Positions 52,533 through 62,769 are shown, counted from the first letter of the stretch. The stretch is 64,000 nucleotides of DNA from an uncultured bacterium (GCA_963768835.1 CAVYJB010000001.1:152420-216419); one strand, 5' to 3'. Program-made: numbers and translations. The notes: a model not told the origin generated them from the sequence alone.

Positions 52533-53999
52533 ATGCGAAGACGAACCGACGACATTCTTCCCCACGCGCCGGAGCGGCTCCGACTCGCGCCGGGATCTCG
52601 TAGATGGCGGCCCACCAAGGGCGTGCTTCGGGTTCTTGGGGTGGGCGGAATCGTCCTGCTCATTTTCGTCGGCGCCGTGCGGACGCCCGTCCAGGCGCCG
52701 TCGCTTGCATCTGCAGACAGCACGACGACTCCTGCCGTCGCGGTCTCCACGGACCCCTCCAGTCTCACCGCCGACCAGCGGGCCAAACAGCAGGCCGCCC
52801 TGGAACAGGAGCTTGCCGACCTCCAGCAACAAATCGCCGATAACGAGCAGACGATCGCGCAATACCAGACGCAAGGCAAGACGCTCTCCGGCGACATTGC
52901 AAAACTCACGACTAAGATCGCGACGCTGAATCTCCAGATCAAGGCGGTGAACGTCGCGCTCGCGGACCTCGCCGCGCAGATCACGGACACGCAGGCGCAG
53001 ATCAACCAGACCGAGAACCGGATTGACCAGCACAAAGCCGCCATCGCGAGCGCCATCCAAACTATCGATCTGGCGGACCATCAAAACATGGCGCAAATCC
53101 TCCTCGCGAACGCACACCTCTCGGATTTCTTCGGAACGATCGCGAATGAGACCTTGGTGCAGGCCAATCTCCGCACCGCGCTCACGGAGATCGTGAAACT
53201 TCGGGAGGACCTCCTCACCCAGAAGGAAAATCTTTCCACCCAGCAGAGCGACGCAGAGACGCTTCGGGCCATCCAGGTCTCTCAGAAAAACGGTGTAATC
53301 GCCACTCAAGACCAGAAGCAGCAACTGCTCGTGGCGACAAAAGGAAAGGAATCGGAATATACCAAGCTCCTTGCAAAAACCCAGGCAACCGCGGCGGAGA
53401 TCCGGAACCAGATCTTCCAACTCTTGGGCGGCGGCCAGCTGACCTTCGAGAAGGCCTATGAATACGCGCGGTTGGCGGAGCAGGCCACGGGCGTACGCTC
53501 CGCCATGGTCCTCGCTATCCTGAACCGGGAATCTCTCCTCGGGAAGAATACGGGCCGTTGTAGCTACCAAACCGCGATGAACCCTACGGACGTGCCCGTC
53601 TTTCTTAACCTGCTTTCGCAATTGAACATCGACCCGAACTCCACGGTGGCCATGGTCTCCTGCCCGAACGGGGATGGCGTCTACGGAGGCGCGATGGGCC
53701 CCGCGCAGTTCATCCCCTCCACGTGGGAGCGTTTTGCGAACGATATCACACACATCACCGGGAACAACCCGCCGAACCCGTGGAACAACTCTGACGCGTT
53801 CGTCGCGACGGCGCTCTACTTGAAACAGTTCGGCGCGGACGACCAGACTCTCGCGAGCGAACGGAAGGCCGCCGCCATCTACTACTGCGGCTCTCGGTGG
53901 CAGCGCTCCGCGTGCACCATCTATGCGAACGCCGTCATCGGTACCGCAAGCCAGTACCAGGACGACATCAATACGCTGAACGGAAACGGGGGGGTGTAG
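52533..53999 (+). CDS. Membrane-anchored coiled-coil protein with a C-terminal lytic transglycosylase (SLT/lysozyme-like) domain
   Basis: N-terminal TM helix; ~250-aa Q/A/L-rich coiled coil; AMVLAILNRESLLG...GGAMGPAQFIPSTWERFA...AIYYCGS resembles the SLT catalytic motifs. Confidence 0.7.
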   Translation: MRRRTDDILPHAPERLRLAPGSRRWRPTKGVLRVLGVGGIVLLIFVGAVRTPVQAPSLASADSTTTPAVAVSTDPSSLTADQRAKQQAALEQELADLQQQIADNEQTIAQYQTQGKTLSGDIAKLTTKIATLNLQIKAVNVALADLAAQITDTQAQINQTENRIDQHKAAIASAIQTIDLADHQNMAQILLANAHLSDFFGTIANETLVQANLRTALTEIVKLREDLLTQKENLSTQQSDAETLRAIQVSQKNGVIATQDQKQQLLVATKGKESEYTKLLAKTQATAAEIRNQIFQLLGGGQLTFEKAYEYARLAEQATGVRSAMVLAILNRESLLGKNTGRCSYQTAMNPTDVPVFLNLLSQLNIDPNSTVAMVSCPNGDGVYGGAMGPAQFIPSTWERFANDITHITGNNPPNPWNNSDAFVATALYLKQFGADDQTLASERKAAAIYYCGSRWQRSACTIYANAVIGTASQYQDDINTLNGNGGV

Positions 54000-54014
54000 G
54001 AACAAAAATCCCGC

Positions 54015-54812
54015 TCAGGCGGGATTTTTGGTTTCGGGGTTTTTGGCGAAGGCCTCCACGATCGGGGTTAAATCTCCCTCGAGTATCTTCTCGATATTGT
54101 GGAATTTCTTTCCGATGCGGTGGTCCGTGATGCGATCCTCGGGAAAGTTATACGTGCGGATCTTCTCTGCGCGTTCGGCGGAACCGATCTGCTCACGGCG
54201 AAGCGCCCCCACGGTGCCGGTCTCCCGCGCCTGTTGTGCCTCGAAAAGCTTTGCGCGGAGGAGCGCCATCGCGAGTTCGCGGTTCCGCGCTTGGCTACGC
54301 TCGTTCTGGGAAGCGACGACGATGCCGCTCGGGACGTGACGGATCCGCACGGCGGTCTCTACCTTGTTCACGTTCTGGCCGCCGGGGCCGCCCGAGCGGA
54401 AGAGGGTAAGTTCGAGATCCTGTGGCCGCACCTCGACCTCCTTAGCCTCTACTTCAGGGAGAACGGCGACGGAAGCCGTGGAGGTGTGGATGCGCCCTTG
54501 CCGTTCGGTCTCCGGTATGCGCTGGACCCGGTGCACGCCGGACTCGCGCCGCAGCGCCTCGTAAACGCCGAGGCCCGCGATCTCCGCCACGAAAGTCTTA
54601 TAGCCGCGCGCGCCGCTCATGCTCGACTCGAGGACGGTGAACTGCCACCCCTTTCGGAGGGCGAACTTCTGATACATCCGGGCTAGGTCGCCGGCGAAAA
54701 GGGATGCCTCATCGCCCCCCGTTCCGGCGCGGATCTCGATGATGAGCTTGTTGATCTGCGTTTCCTGCATCAGAACCATTAAAGCTGATAACCTGATCCA
54801 AATCAAACGCAC
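54015..54812 (-). CDS. prfA: Class I peptide chain release factor (RF1-type) lacking the N-terminal domain 1
   Basis: P-E-T tripeptide motif in ..[14 protein letters not shown]; GGQ motif [12 protein letters not shown]. Homology to E. coli RF1 starts at about residue 105. Only ~55 nt separate it from the upstream gene. Confidence 0.75.
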   Translation of the reverse strand: MRLIWIRLSALMVLMQETQINKLIIEIRAGTGGDEASLFAGDLARMYQKFALRKGWQFTVLESSMSGARGYKTFVAEIAGLGVYEALRRESGVHRVQRIPETERQGRIHTSTASVAVLPEVEAKEVEVRPQDLELTLFRSGGPGGQNVNKVETAVRIRHVPSGIVVASQNERSQARNRELAMALLRAKLFEAQQARETGTVGALRREQIGSAERAEKIRTYNFPEDRITDHRIGKKFHNIEKILEGDLTPIVEAFAKNPETKNPA

Positions 54813-54871
54813 GTGTGAGCGCGCATCATTCCCCGAGGAGGGAGTTCTTGTTTCTGCGCGTCCGCGCCAGG

Positions 54872-55786
54872 CTACTTCATCACTGCCTGCGATTCGGCGA
54901 TGAAAGCGAGAGGATCAATGCTTTTGCCTCCGTCCCACATCGAAAGATGGAGGTGCGGTGCGAGCGCGTACCCAGTCTGCCCCGAGTAGCCGATGACCTG
55001 TCCTTTCGTGACGCGCGCACCTTTCTTCACCGCGAACTGACTGAGGTGAAGGTAGAGCGAGAAGATATGCGCTCCGTGGTCGACGACAATGGTATTCCCG
55101 TAGTCCCACAATCTCTTCGTGAGGGTGACTACGCCGTTGTTCACGGCATAGACAGGAGTCCCCGTCGCCGCTTCAAGATCGACGCCCAAGTGCTGGAGCT
55201 GAACACCCCCGCTTGTCCGATAGTCTCCGAACGCGCCGACATTCATGGTCGTGTTAGGGCCCGTAATCCCCGAGAGCGGATACTGAAATGCTGTGGAGAA
55301 GAGCGCCCCCGCGACGGGATGCAACGCGGCCCCGAGAACCGCGACGTTATCGCTCCCCGTGATACTAGCTTCGACGGACTTCGGGCTAAATCCCTGTGCC
55401 GCGAGAGCTTTGCTGATCACGAGATTCGTCACCCGGAACTTTGCATCCGTGACCGTGAGGAGCGTCGGGATCGTGTAGGACCCATTCACGAGAATTCTTG
55501 CACGGTAGACCCCCGGGGCCGCCTTTGCGGGGGCGGAGTAGAACCCGAGCCAGCGTCCGTCGTTTTGGAAAAACCAAATTCTACGGCTGCCGACCCATCC
55601 GACAACCGACCGCACGGTCCCGGATGCCGTGGGGGTCACGATAAAGACGGTTGTCCCGCCCTGCGGGATGGTCGAGGTTGCAAGCGTGAGGGCCGCGGGC
55701 GCCACGGCCGCCGCAACAGGGTGCATTAGAAAAACGCCGAAGAGTATGGCGCTCGAGACAAGCGCGATAGAGATTAAGAACTTCAT
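54872..55786 (-). CDS. M23-family peptidoglycan endopeptidase (LytM-like)
   Basis: Signal peptide [27 protein letters not shown]; HLGVDL...YLHLS...[15 protein letters not shown] zinc-binding motifs. Confidence 0.85.
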   Translation of the reverse strand: MKFLISIALVSSAILFGVFLMHPVAAAVAPAALTLATSTIPQGGTTVFIVTPTASGTVRSVVGWVGSRRIWFFQNDGRWLGFYSAPAKAAPGVYRARILVNGSYTIPTLLTVTDAKFRVTNLVISKALAAQGFSPKSVEASITGSDNVAVLGAALHPVAGALFSTAFQYPLSGITGPNTTMNVGAFGDYRTSGGVQLQHLGVDLEAATGTPVYAVNNGVVTLTKRLWDYGNTIVVDHGAHIFSLYLHLSQFAVKKGARVTKGQVIGYSGQTGYALAPHLHLSMWDGGKSIDPLAFIAESQAVMK

Positions 55787-55796
55787 GGTGCTCACT

Positions 55797-56681
55797 CTAA
55801 GTAATACGATTGAAAAGGCGTAAGCGTTCCTCCGCCACGCGTTCAATCTCCGCAAGCACCTCGGGCATCAACTTATAGGGCGCCACCTCGCCGGGATGGT
55901 CCTTGAGGGATTCTTCCATCCCCTTCCTCCACGCGACGCGAAGCTCGGTCGAGATATGGATGATCGTGACGCCCGCGTCGATGGCCGCGAGAAAATCTTC
56001 ATTGGTGTTCCCAGACCCTCCGTGGAGCACGAGGGGGATGCCGACCGCGGCCTTGATGGCGCGGATGCGTTCAATGTCCAGAGCCGGCTCGGGAGCGTTC
56101 GCGAACATCCCGTGGATATTCCCCACCGCGGGCGCAAGCATGTCGATGCCGGTCGCGGCCACAAAACTCTTCGCATCCTCCGGCTTCGTAAGATCCTCCG
56201 GACGGATGGCTGCTCCTTTCGGGAATTCCTCCCGAATCTCTGAGCCGCTCCCGATATTCCCCAGTTCTCCCTCCACGAGGACGGAAGGGGACATTGCGCG
56301 CGCCACGGCGGCCGCCGCGCGCGTGAGTGCGATATTCTGCTCTATGGGAAGCATTCCTCCGTCGAAGAGCACTTCATCGAACCCCATCCGTGCCGCTTCC
56401 TGGATCTTTTCCACCGAATGCGTATGGTCGGCGTTCAGGTAGAGCCTAAAATTCCTGCCCGCGCCCATGTGCTCCATGTTATAACTCGCGACGAGGTCCT
56501 TTACGTGGTGAAGCCCCAGGTAGTCGCGTTCCCCCTCCGAAACGCCGATGATGACCGGCACGTCCAGTTTCTCGGCGGCGTCGGCGATGGCCTTGAGCTG
56601 CTCGAGGTTCGAGATGTTGAAGTGGCCGACGGCCACCTTCCGCGACTCCGCATCCGTGAGAACTTCACGCAGGGTTCGCAT
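55797..56681 (-). CDS. fba: Class II fructose-bisphosphate aldolase
   Basis: VAVGHFN...ADHTHS...LVLHGGSG. Confidence 0.9.
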   Translation of the reverse strand: MRTLREVLTDAESRKVAVGHFNISNLEQLKAIADAAEKLDVPVIIGVSEGERDYLGLHHVKDLVASYNMEHMGAGRNFRLYLNADHTHSVEKIQEAARMGFDEVLFDGGMLPIEQNIALTRAAAAVARAMSPSVLVEGELGNIGSGSEIREEFPKGAAIRPEDLTKPEDAKSFVAATGIDMLAPAVGNIHGMFANAPEPALDIERIRAIKAAVGIPLVLHGGSGNTNEDFLAAIDAGVTIIHISTELRVAWRKGMEESLKDHPGEVAPYKLMPEVLAEIERVAEERLRLFNRIT

Positions 56682-56689
56682 GGGTGTTC

Positions 56690-57943
56690 CTATACTTCAA
56701 AGTAGCCCTGCAACAGGTAATCCTTTGCATAGCGTTCGAGCTCGCGCTCGCCGAAGTATTCCGTGAAAATCTTGTTCCAGAGCGCCTCGCGCTGGTGGTA
56801 GCGGAATTTGGTCCGAGCCTCCCGCGTCACCACATCCATCGCGGTGTCCACGAGGTTGAAGCTCACGAGCGTCTCGTTCCCTGCATCATCGAGAAAATAG
56901 TCCCCTACCCAATCCAAATCGTTCCAGAACATAACATCCGAGGAGAAGTTCTCCACCACGCGCCCCAATGCGGTAAGCCCTTCTTCGGCTTTCAGCCAGT
57001 GGATAGCCTCGGGGTTGATGCGCGGCACGAACAGCCGCCAGTCATTTGGGTCGTCTTTTGTGAGGTAGCGCTGCACGACGAGCCAAAGCGTCTTGGAATT
57101 TTCCGGCATACGCTTCGTAAGGACGTCGCCCCGGAGAAGCGAGATGAGATTCTGCGGGAAGGTTGCGGGATCGCGCGCGATGCGGCGGAACATGTCTGAG
57201 TAGAATGGTACCTCGTGGAGATAGTGGAAAATCATGAGGAGTATCCGCATGAGTTCGCCCGAGATATCGAGGGTCACCGGGATAATGAAGACCACCCCCA
57301 TCTCCTTGAGGTGGGAAACGTTGTGCCACTTTTTCTTTACGAAGGATTCCGCCACCTTGCTCCACCGTTCTGAGATGGTCTGGAGTACGATGTCGCGCTC
57401 CTCGAAATCCTCAGGCGTGAGCACTTCGTACTGCTTGAAAAACGTTCCGTTCAGCCACTCGGCGCCCTCCACGAACCGCAGCGCGCTATAAATCTCAAAA
57501 AGATCCTCCTTCGCAAGCATGTCGTCCACGGATGTGTACCCGAGGTGCGCCATCACCTGCCGCGGCGGCTCGCGGCGCAGGAACTCCATCGCCTTCTCGC
57601 GTTTGATGAAGAATCCACGGTTCACGCCCGTCACTTTCTGCACGATGTTGAGGACGCTCGTGCAATCTCCGTGGTTGCTGCAGGTGGGATGCCCCATCGC
57701 CTCGAGGATCATGAAGTCGTCGGATTCGATCTTCGAGATCAGGGCGTCGTACATCTCTTTTATGGGCGCACTACGTGACACCCCGAGGGCGAGGAATCGT
57801 GCGTCGATCTGTTTCTCGTTCTCTGCGACAAGACGGTCGAAGACATCCCGCTTCCCCGTAAGAGCTCCCAGATGCTCATCGATCTTCCGGAGGGAGCTCC
57901 GGTCCGCCTTCAGAATCTTCGCGATGTGCTCGATAGAATCCAT
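56690..57943 (-). CDS. Hypothetical protein (417 aa) embedded in the sugar-phosphate metabolism cluster
   Basis: Long ORF with no recognisable motifs, flanked by fba and the pfkB kinase. Confidence 0.5.
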   Translation of the reverse strand: MDSIEHIAKILKADRSSLRKIDEHLGALTGKRDVFDRLVAENEKQIDARFLALGVSRSAPIKEMYDALISKIESDDFMILEAMGHPTCSNHGDCTSVLNIVQKVTGVNRGFFIKREKAMEFLRREPPRQVMAHLGYTSVDDMLAKEDLFEIYSALRFVEGAEWLNGTFFKQYEVLTPEDFEERDIVLQTISERWSKVAESFVKKKWHNVSHLKEMGVVFIIPVTLDISGELMRILLMIFHYLHEVPFYSDMFRRIARDPATFPQNLISLLRGDVLTKRMPENSKTLWLVVQRYLTKDDPNDWRLFVPRINPEAIHWLKAEEGLTALGRVVENFSSDVMFWNDLDWVGDYFLDDAGNETLVSFNLVDTAMDVVTREARTKFRYHQREALWNKIFTEYFGERELERYAKDYLLQGYFEV

Positions 57944-57957
57944 GGATTACGAAAGCC

Positions 57958-58968
57958 TCAGAGCGGATCGATGTCCAGGTTCAGGTACTGCCAACGCTTT
58001 CGCGTAAGATCTTTCTTGCGGAGAATACCGGGTTCCGCCCCGATGGCTTCGATGACGGAGGTGGCGTTCGCGGCCGCGAGGCGGAGTGCGTGGTGGATAT
58101 CCTCCTTTTGGAGCAACCCTGCGACGAAGCCGGACCCGAAGGCGTCCCCGGCCCCCGTCCGATCCACGATCTTCTTCTCGCGGAAGGTGCCAGCGGTGTA
58201 GAGATCCGTACCATCCGAGACACGCGCGCCGTTCGCTCCATCTGTAACGACCACGATGCCGTTCACGAGATCATCGATCTTCTTGAAAATGGCGCGGTCC
58301 TTCCCGTAGGGCACCCCCGTAAGGTACGAAGCTTCCTCACGGTTCATGATGACGACATCCAGATTCTTCAAGAGCGGCTTCAGGTGCGCCCCGTGCGTCT
58401 CAAGGTAGTGCTTCGAGGGGTTCATCGCGATTTTTGTTCCGTTCTTCTTGAGATGCAAGATGATTTCCCGGATCACGGAAAACTCGATGCGGCCTGGCGC
58501 AAGATAGGCCCACCGCGCCCGGAGACGGCTCATCGGAACATCACGGCGGGCGAGATCCTCCGACGCCCCGCGGTACACGAGGACGGTGCGTTCACCGTCG
58601 GGGGCAAGGAGAATCGTCGAGTAGGCCGTGCCTTTCTGTTTGTCGCGCGCCGCGATGACCTCCACCCGTTCCCGTGCAAGGTCCGCGATGACATCGTCCC
58701 CCCACATGTCCGTCCCCACCTTGAAAAGGGCGGCGGTCCGGAAACCTTGACGCCGGAAGGTGATGGCGGCGTTCGCCGCGCCGCCGCCGGTCGTGACAAG
58801 AGGTTTCGCAACCTCCATCTTCGAGCCGAGGGCAAAGCACTGCGCCTCCCCGGTCTTGAACCCGATGCGCTCAAGATGCGCAGGATCTCGGAGCACCTTA
58901 AAAGGGCTCGCGAGGAACACGTCGCGCGTCGCGGTTCCCACCGTGATAACATCGAGCATTGGCCTCAT
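57958..58968 (-). CDS. PfkB-family carbohydrate kinase (ribokinase/adenosine kinase-like)
   Basis: VITVGTATRDVF..., C-terminal DRTGAGDAFGSGFVAGLL. The start is set at MRPMLDV; the longest ORF extends to 59049. Confidence 0.8.
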   Translation of the reverse strand: MRPMLDVITVGTATRDVFLASPFKVLRDPAHLERIGFKTGEAQCFALGSKMEVAKPLVTTGGGAANAAITFRRQGFRTAALFKVGTDMWGDDVIADLARERVEVIAARDKQKGTAYSTILLAPDGERTVLVYRGASEDLARRDVPMSRLRARWAYLAPGRIEFSVIREIILHLKKNGTKIAMNPSKHYLETHGAHLKPLLKNLDVVIMNREEASYLTGVPYGKDRAIFKKIDDLVNGIVVVTDGANGARVSDGTDLYTAGTFREKKIVDRTGAGDAFGSGFVAGLLQKEDIHHALRLAAANATSVIEAIGAEPGILRKKDLTRKRWQYLNLDIDPL

Positions 58969-59011
58969 TGTACCATGATTTTCCGACTTTGCGAAGCGGA
59001 CCAAAAACGCC

Positions 59012-59365
59012 CTAGGGGGGCGTTTCGTTTTCACTGTAGCCGGGGACACGTTTCCGCGGGCGCTTCTCCCGGCCCCATACAGCGGCGCATGCGAGCGCGT
59101 AGGCGAGGAAGAGATCGAAGATGAGGGGGCCGACGGAAAATTGCCAAACCGCCTGGTCGTTCATGAAGTGCTCGCCGTAAAACGTCGGGTAACCCAGCCC
59201 CGCGACCGGGCGAAACACGCACTGATATGTTCCCCCGGAGGACGACGATGCGCAGGCCGGCCCATACCTCGGGATGAAGTACGTTAAAAGCAGGAGAAGG
59301 ATGGCGATGAGAATTTTAGAAAACGTCGGCGCGGCGAACGCCTTGAACGATGGGGTCGTGGGCAT
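59012..59365 (-). CDS. Hypothetical small membrane protein
   Basis: 117-aa ORF with two TM helices. Weak support. Confidence 0.3.
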   Translation of the reverse strand: MPTTPSFKAFAAPTFSKILIAILLLLLTYFIPRYGPACASSSSGGTYQCVFRPVAGLGYPTFYGEHFMNDQAVWQFSVGPLIFDLFLAYALACAAVWGREKRPRKRVPGYSENETPP

Positions 59366-59372
59366 GGCTTTT

Positions 59373-60365
59373 TTAGTGGGCGCGCTTCACGACACGCTCC
59401 GCAACCCGCACGATATCAGGAACATCCATCCCAAAGTGCCGGATAAGCTCCTCCGGGGTACCGGACTCGCCGTACGTGTCCTGCATACCGATGAATTCCA
59501 TGGGCACCGGATACTTCCCTGCCAAGAACTCCGCGACCGCGCCGCCGAGCCCCCCCGCCACTTGGTGTTCCTCCACCGTCACGATCGCACCTACGCGTTT
59601 CGCAACCTCCAAAATGCGCTTGCCGTCCAAGGGCTTGATCGTGTGACAGTTGAGCACGACGCTCCCGATGTTCTGTTTCTCGAGCTCGCGGGCGGCGAGG
59701 AGCGCACGGTGCACCAGAAGCCCGCAGGCCACAAGTGCCACCTGCGGCTTTTTGGACTGCCAGAACACCTCTGCATTCCCAGGGATGAAGGGAGTGTCCA
59801 CAGTCGTGACGAGCGGCGACTTCTCTCGCGCGAAGCGGATGTAGACGGGGCCCCAGACCTTCGCCGCGGCAACGGTCGCCTTCTTGGCTTCCAGGGCATC
59901 GCAGGGCACGAACACCTTCATGTTCGGCATCGTGCGCATGAGGGCGATGTCCTCCGTCGCCTGGTGCGTCGCCCCGTCGGGGCCCACGGAAACCCCCGCG
60001 TGGTGGCCTCCGATCTTCACGTTGGCATCATTGTAGGCGATGGTCGTTCGAATCTGCTCCCAGTTCCGGCCGGGCGAGAAAGTCGCATAGGAAGCGATGA
60101 ACGGTACCTTCCCCGAAAGGGCAAGGCCCGCCGCGATCGTCGCCATCGCCTGTTCGGCGACGCCTATCTCGAAGAAACGGTCGGGATATTTCTTCGCGAA
60201 CCCCTCCGTCCGGGTCGATTCGGTGAGATCGGCGCACAGCGCCACCACATTCGGGTTCTCCTCCCCCAGGAACAGGAGTCCTTCGCCGTACCCGTCCCGG
60301 ATAGGCTTCTGCTCCACGTCCGCATCGAACACCTTCGGGTTTAATTTTGCGTCCGAATTCTCCAT
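59373..60365 (-). CDS. Transketolase, C-terminal subunit
   Basis: ...FEIGVAEQAMATIAAGLALSGKVPFIASYATF...GPDGATHQATEDIALMRTMPNMKV... Confidence 0.9.
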   Translation of the reverse strand: MENSDAKLNPKVFDADVEQKPIRDGYGEGLLFLGEENPNVVALCADLTESTRTEGFAKKYPDRFFEIGVAEQAMATIAAGLALSGKVPFIASYATFSPGRNWEQIRTTIAYNDANVKIGGHHAGVSVGPDGATHQATEDIALMRTMPNMKVFVPCDALEAKKATVAAAKVWGPVYIRFAREKSPLVTTVDTPFIPGNAEVFWQSKKPQVALVACGLLVHRALLAARELEKQNIGSVVLNCHTIKPLDGKRILEVAKRVGAIVTVEEHQVAGGLGGAVAEFLAGKYPVPMEFIGMQDTYGESGTPEELIRHFGMDVPDIVRVAERVVKRAH

Positions 60366-60374
60366 GGTACGAGG

Positions 60375-60734
60375 TCAGGATGTTTTTTCTTTTTTAATGA
60401 CGCCCCAGTGATAAAGATAGAGCGGCACTCCGACGACGAAAAGCGCAATAGATCCCGCCGCGTCGCTTTCGTGCTGCGAAGCCGTTTGTTGATCCTGCAT
60501 CGCTTGGAGTTCGGCGGACGACGGCTGCGTAGGCCCCGCGGGCACCACGTCGGTTTTGGCCGGCGCTGCCACGGGTGCGGCCATCGGGTAAGCGTAGTTC
60601 CGGTCCGCATTGGGGAACACAAATATCCGAAGTCCCAGACTCACGAGGCGTACCGCGCCCACAGTCGCAAGCACGAGCCCCAAGAGGGCGAAGATGTAGA
60701 GATAGATTTTTCGGATCAGGGGGTGGTCACTCAT
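60375..60734 (-). CDS. Hypothetical membrane protein inserted between the two transketolase subunit genes
   Basis: 119-aa ORF with an N-terminal and a C-terminal TM helix. Confidence 0.4.
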   Translation of the reverse strand: MSDHPLIRKIYLYIFALLGLVLATVGAVRLVSLGLRIFVFPNADRNYAYPMAAPVAAPAKTDVVPAGPTQPSSAELQAMQDQQTASQHESDAAGSIALFVVGVPLYLYHWGVIKKEKTS

Positions 60735-61587
60735 GTTCGGAACGGATGCGGTTTCCTAGCGTGCGCAGTTCGTGGAGCGCTTTCCGCGCCTCCTCGCGAT
60801 TGGGGGCTTTCCCGTGCCAGTGATAATCGCGCTCCATGAAGTCGACGCCTTTGCCGGGGATGGTGTACGCGATAATGACCGTCGGCCGCTCGTACACCGC
60901 TTCAGCCTCGGAGACCGCATCCACGAAGTCCCGCATGCTGTGCCCGCCGATCTCAAGCACGTGCCAATTGAACGCCTCGTATTTCTCCCGCAACGGATCC
61001 AAGGGCATCACATCCTCGGTGTAACCGTCGATCTGGATATTGTTTCGGTCCACGATGACCGTGAGATTCGAGAGGCGACGCTTCGCGGCGACCTGAATCG
61101 CCTCCCAAGTATTCCCCTCCTGATGCTCTCCGTCCGAGGCCACGCAATAGACGCGGTGCTTCTTCCCGTCAAGCCGTGCGGCCAAGGCCATCCCGACCGC
61201 TTGGGCGATCCCCGAACCCAGGGGGCCCGAGGTGGTCTCAACTCCGGGGAGCGCCGTCCGGTGCGGATGCCCCTGGAGGCGGCTCCCGAGTTTCCGGAGC
61301 GTACGAAGTTCGGATACGGGGAAATAGCCCGCGTGCGCCATCGCGGCATACCGGATGGGACAGATGTGGCCATTCGAAAGCACGAGCCGATCCCGCTCCG
61401 GCCAATCCGGCCGCTTCGGGTCGTGGTGCAGCACATGGAAGTAGAGCGCGGCGAAAATGTCCGCCATGCCGAGAGGTCCGGCCGAGTGCCCCGAGCCGGC
61501 CTCAAGAAGCATCTCGATCACCGATTCGCGGAGTACGTTCGCCTGTTCCTCAAGCTGCTTCACTTTTTCTTCGTGGAGGGGCTGCAT
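60727..61587 (-). CDS. Transketolase, N-terminal subunit
   Basis: ...GSGHSAGPLGMADIF...HRVYCVASDGEHQEGNTWEA... TPP-binding motifs. The start is set at MQPLHEEK; the longest ORF extends to 61683. Confidence 0.9.
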   Translation of the reverse strand: MQPLHEEKVKQLEEQANVLRESVIEMLLEAGSGHSAGPLGMADIFAALYFHVLHHDPKRPDWPERDRLVLSNGHICPIRYAAMAHAGYFPVSELRTLRKLGSRLQGHPHRTALPGVETTSGPLGSGIAQAVGMALAARLDGKKHRVYCVASDGEHQEGNTWEAIQVAAKRRLSNLTVIVDRNNIQIDGYTEDVMPLDPLREKYEAFNWHVLEIGGHSMRDFVDAVSEAEAVYERPTVIIAYTIPGKGVDFMERDYHWHGKAPNREEARKALHELRTLGNRIRSEHE

Positions 61588-61591
61588 GTGG

Positions 61592-62263
61592 TTAAAGCTT
61601 TGTGAGGGCTTCGTAGGCCGCCTTGGGGTCCCGGCTTCCGAAGATATAGGTGGCGGAGGTGAGGATCGCGGCCCCGGAGGCAACGACCGCCCGACCCGTT
61701 TCGAGATTCATCCCGCCATCGACCTCTATTATAGCATTGGGGATCTGGGTATGGAGCCACTCCACTTTTTGCACCACAGAGAACTGGAATTTCTGGCCCG
61801 CCCACCCGGGATCCACGGCGAGCACCTGCACATAAAAGGTCTCCCCGTTGCTGGGCGCAAACTGCAGCACTTCGTCCGCCGGCGTCTGAGGCGCGAGCGA
61901 GAGCATGAGATCGGCGCCATAGCGCGTCACATGGTCTCGGAGCTGCTCAATACTACCGTGGATGGTTTCGAGCTGCACGACGGCGCGCTTCACGCCGGCC
62001 GCGAGCCACTCGTCGATCGCCTCCTCCGGGTGCTCCACCATGAGGTGTGCCTCCAAGGAAATGGGGCCTCCGTTCTCAGCAAGGACACGCTTAAGATCTC
62101 CCGGATTGTCCCAGGTGGTCGCGAGCGTAAACTTTCCATCACCCACGTCCATATGGGCCCACGTCGCCCCCAGAGCGTGAATCTGGGCGAGCCGCTCGGC
62201 CACGCAGATCCGGTTCCGGCAGTTAACTACGGGAATGACCTGGGTCATAAAGGGCACCGCCAT
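61592..62263 (-). CDS. rpe: Ribulose-phosphate 3-epimerase
   Basis: ...WAHMDVGDGKF...HLMVEHPE...IEVDGGMN. Confidence 0.85.
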   Translation of the reverse strand: MAVPFMTQVIPVVNCRNRICVAERLAQIHALGATWAHMDVGDGKFTLATTWDNPGDLKRVLAENGGPISLEAHLMVEHPEEAIDEWLAAGVKRAVVQLETIHGSIEQLRDHVTRYGADLMLSLAPQTPADEVLQFAPSNGETFYVQVLAVDPGWAGQKFQFSVVQKVEWLHTQIPNAIIEVDGGMNLETGRAVVASGAAILTSATYIFGSRDPKAAYEALTKL

Positions 62264-62768
62264 TCGGATCGGGTTCCTCTTCGTCCTCTTCGCCGTCCCC
62301 GCGCCGCGCTTTCCGGGCCAGCTCCTCCTCAACCTGGGTTATCTCGAGGAGCCTCCGACGGTGACGCGCCTGTTCGGAGAACGGAGCCTGGAGCCAGGTC
62401 ATAAGGATCTTTTTCGCCGCTTCGGGTTCCACATAGGAGGAGGAGAGGCAGAGGACGTTCGTGTCGTCGTCATTCCGGCTGTCAAAGGCCTCGTTGGGGG
62501 TCGACACGAGCGCCGCCCGGACATGGGGATACTTGTTCGCCACCACGGACATCCCAACACCCGAGCCGCAGATAAGGATGCCGCGCGTCGTATCGAAGTC
62601 GTGGCTCACCTTGTCCGCAACCGCCTTCGCAAAGGAAGGATAGTCATCCTCCTCGTCGAGGACGCGGTTCCCTAGGTCCTCCACGGGATATCCCTGGTCG
62701 CTTAAAAAACGCTTCAGGTATTCCTTCAGTTGAAAGCCGCGGTGATCCGCGGCGATGAAGATAACCAT
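62223..62768 (-). CDS. rpiB: Ribose-5-phosphate isomerase B (RpiB/LacAB family) with an acidic C-terminal tail
   Basis: MVIFIAADHRGFQLKEYL...ILICGSGVGMSVVANKYPHVRAAL... Confidence 0.85.
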   Translation of the reverse strand: MVIFIAADHRGFQLKEYLKRFLSDQGYPVEDLGNRVLDEEDDYPSFAKAVADKVSHDFDTTRGILICGSGVGMSVVANKYPHVRAALVSTPNEAFDSRNDDDTNVLCLSSSYVEPEAAKKILMTWLQAPFSEQARHRRRLLEITQVEEELARKARRGDGEEDEEEPDPNGGALYDPGHSRS

Positions 62769-62769
62769 A

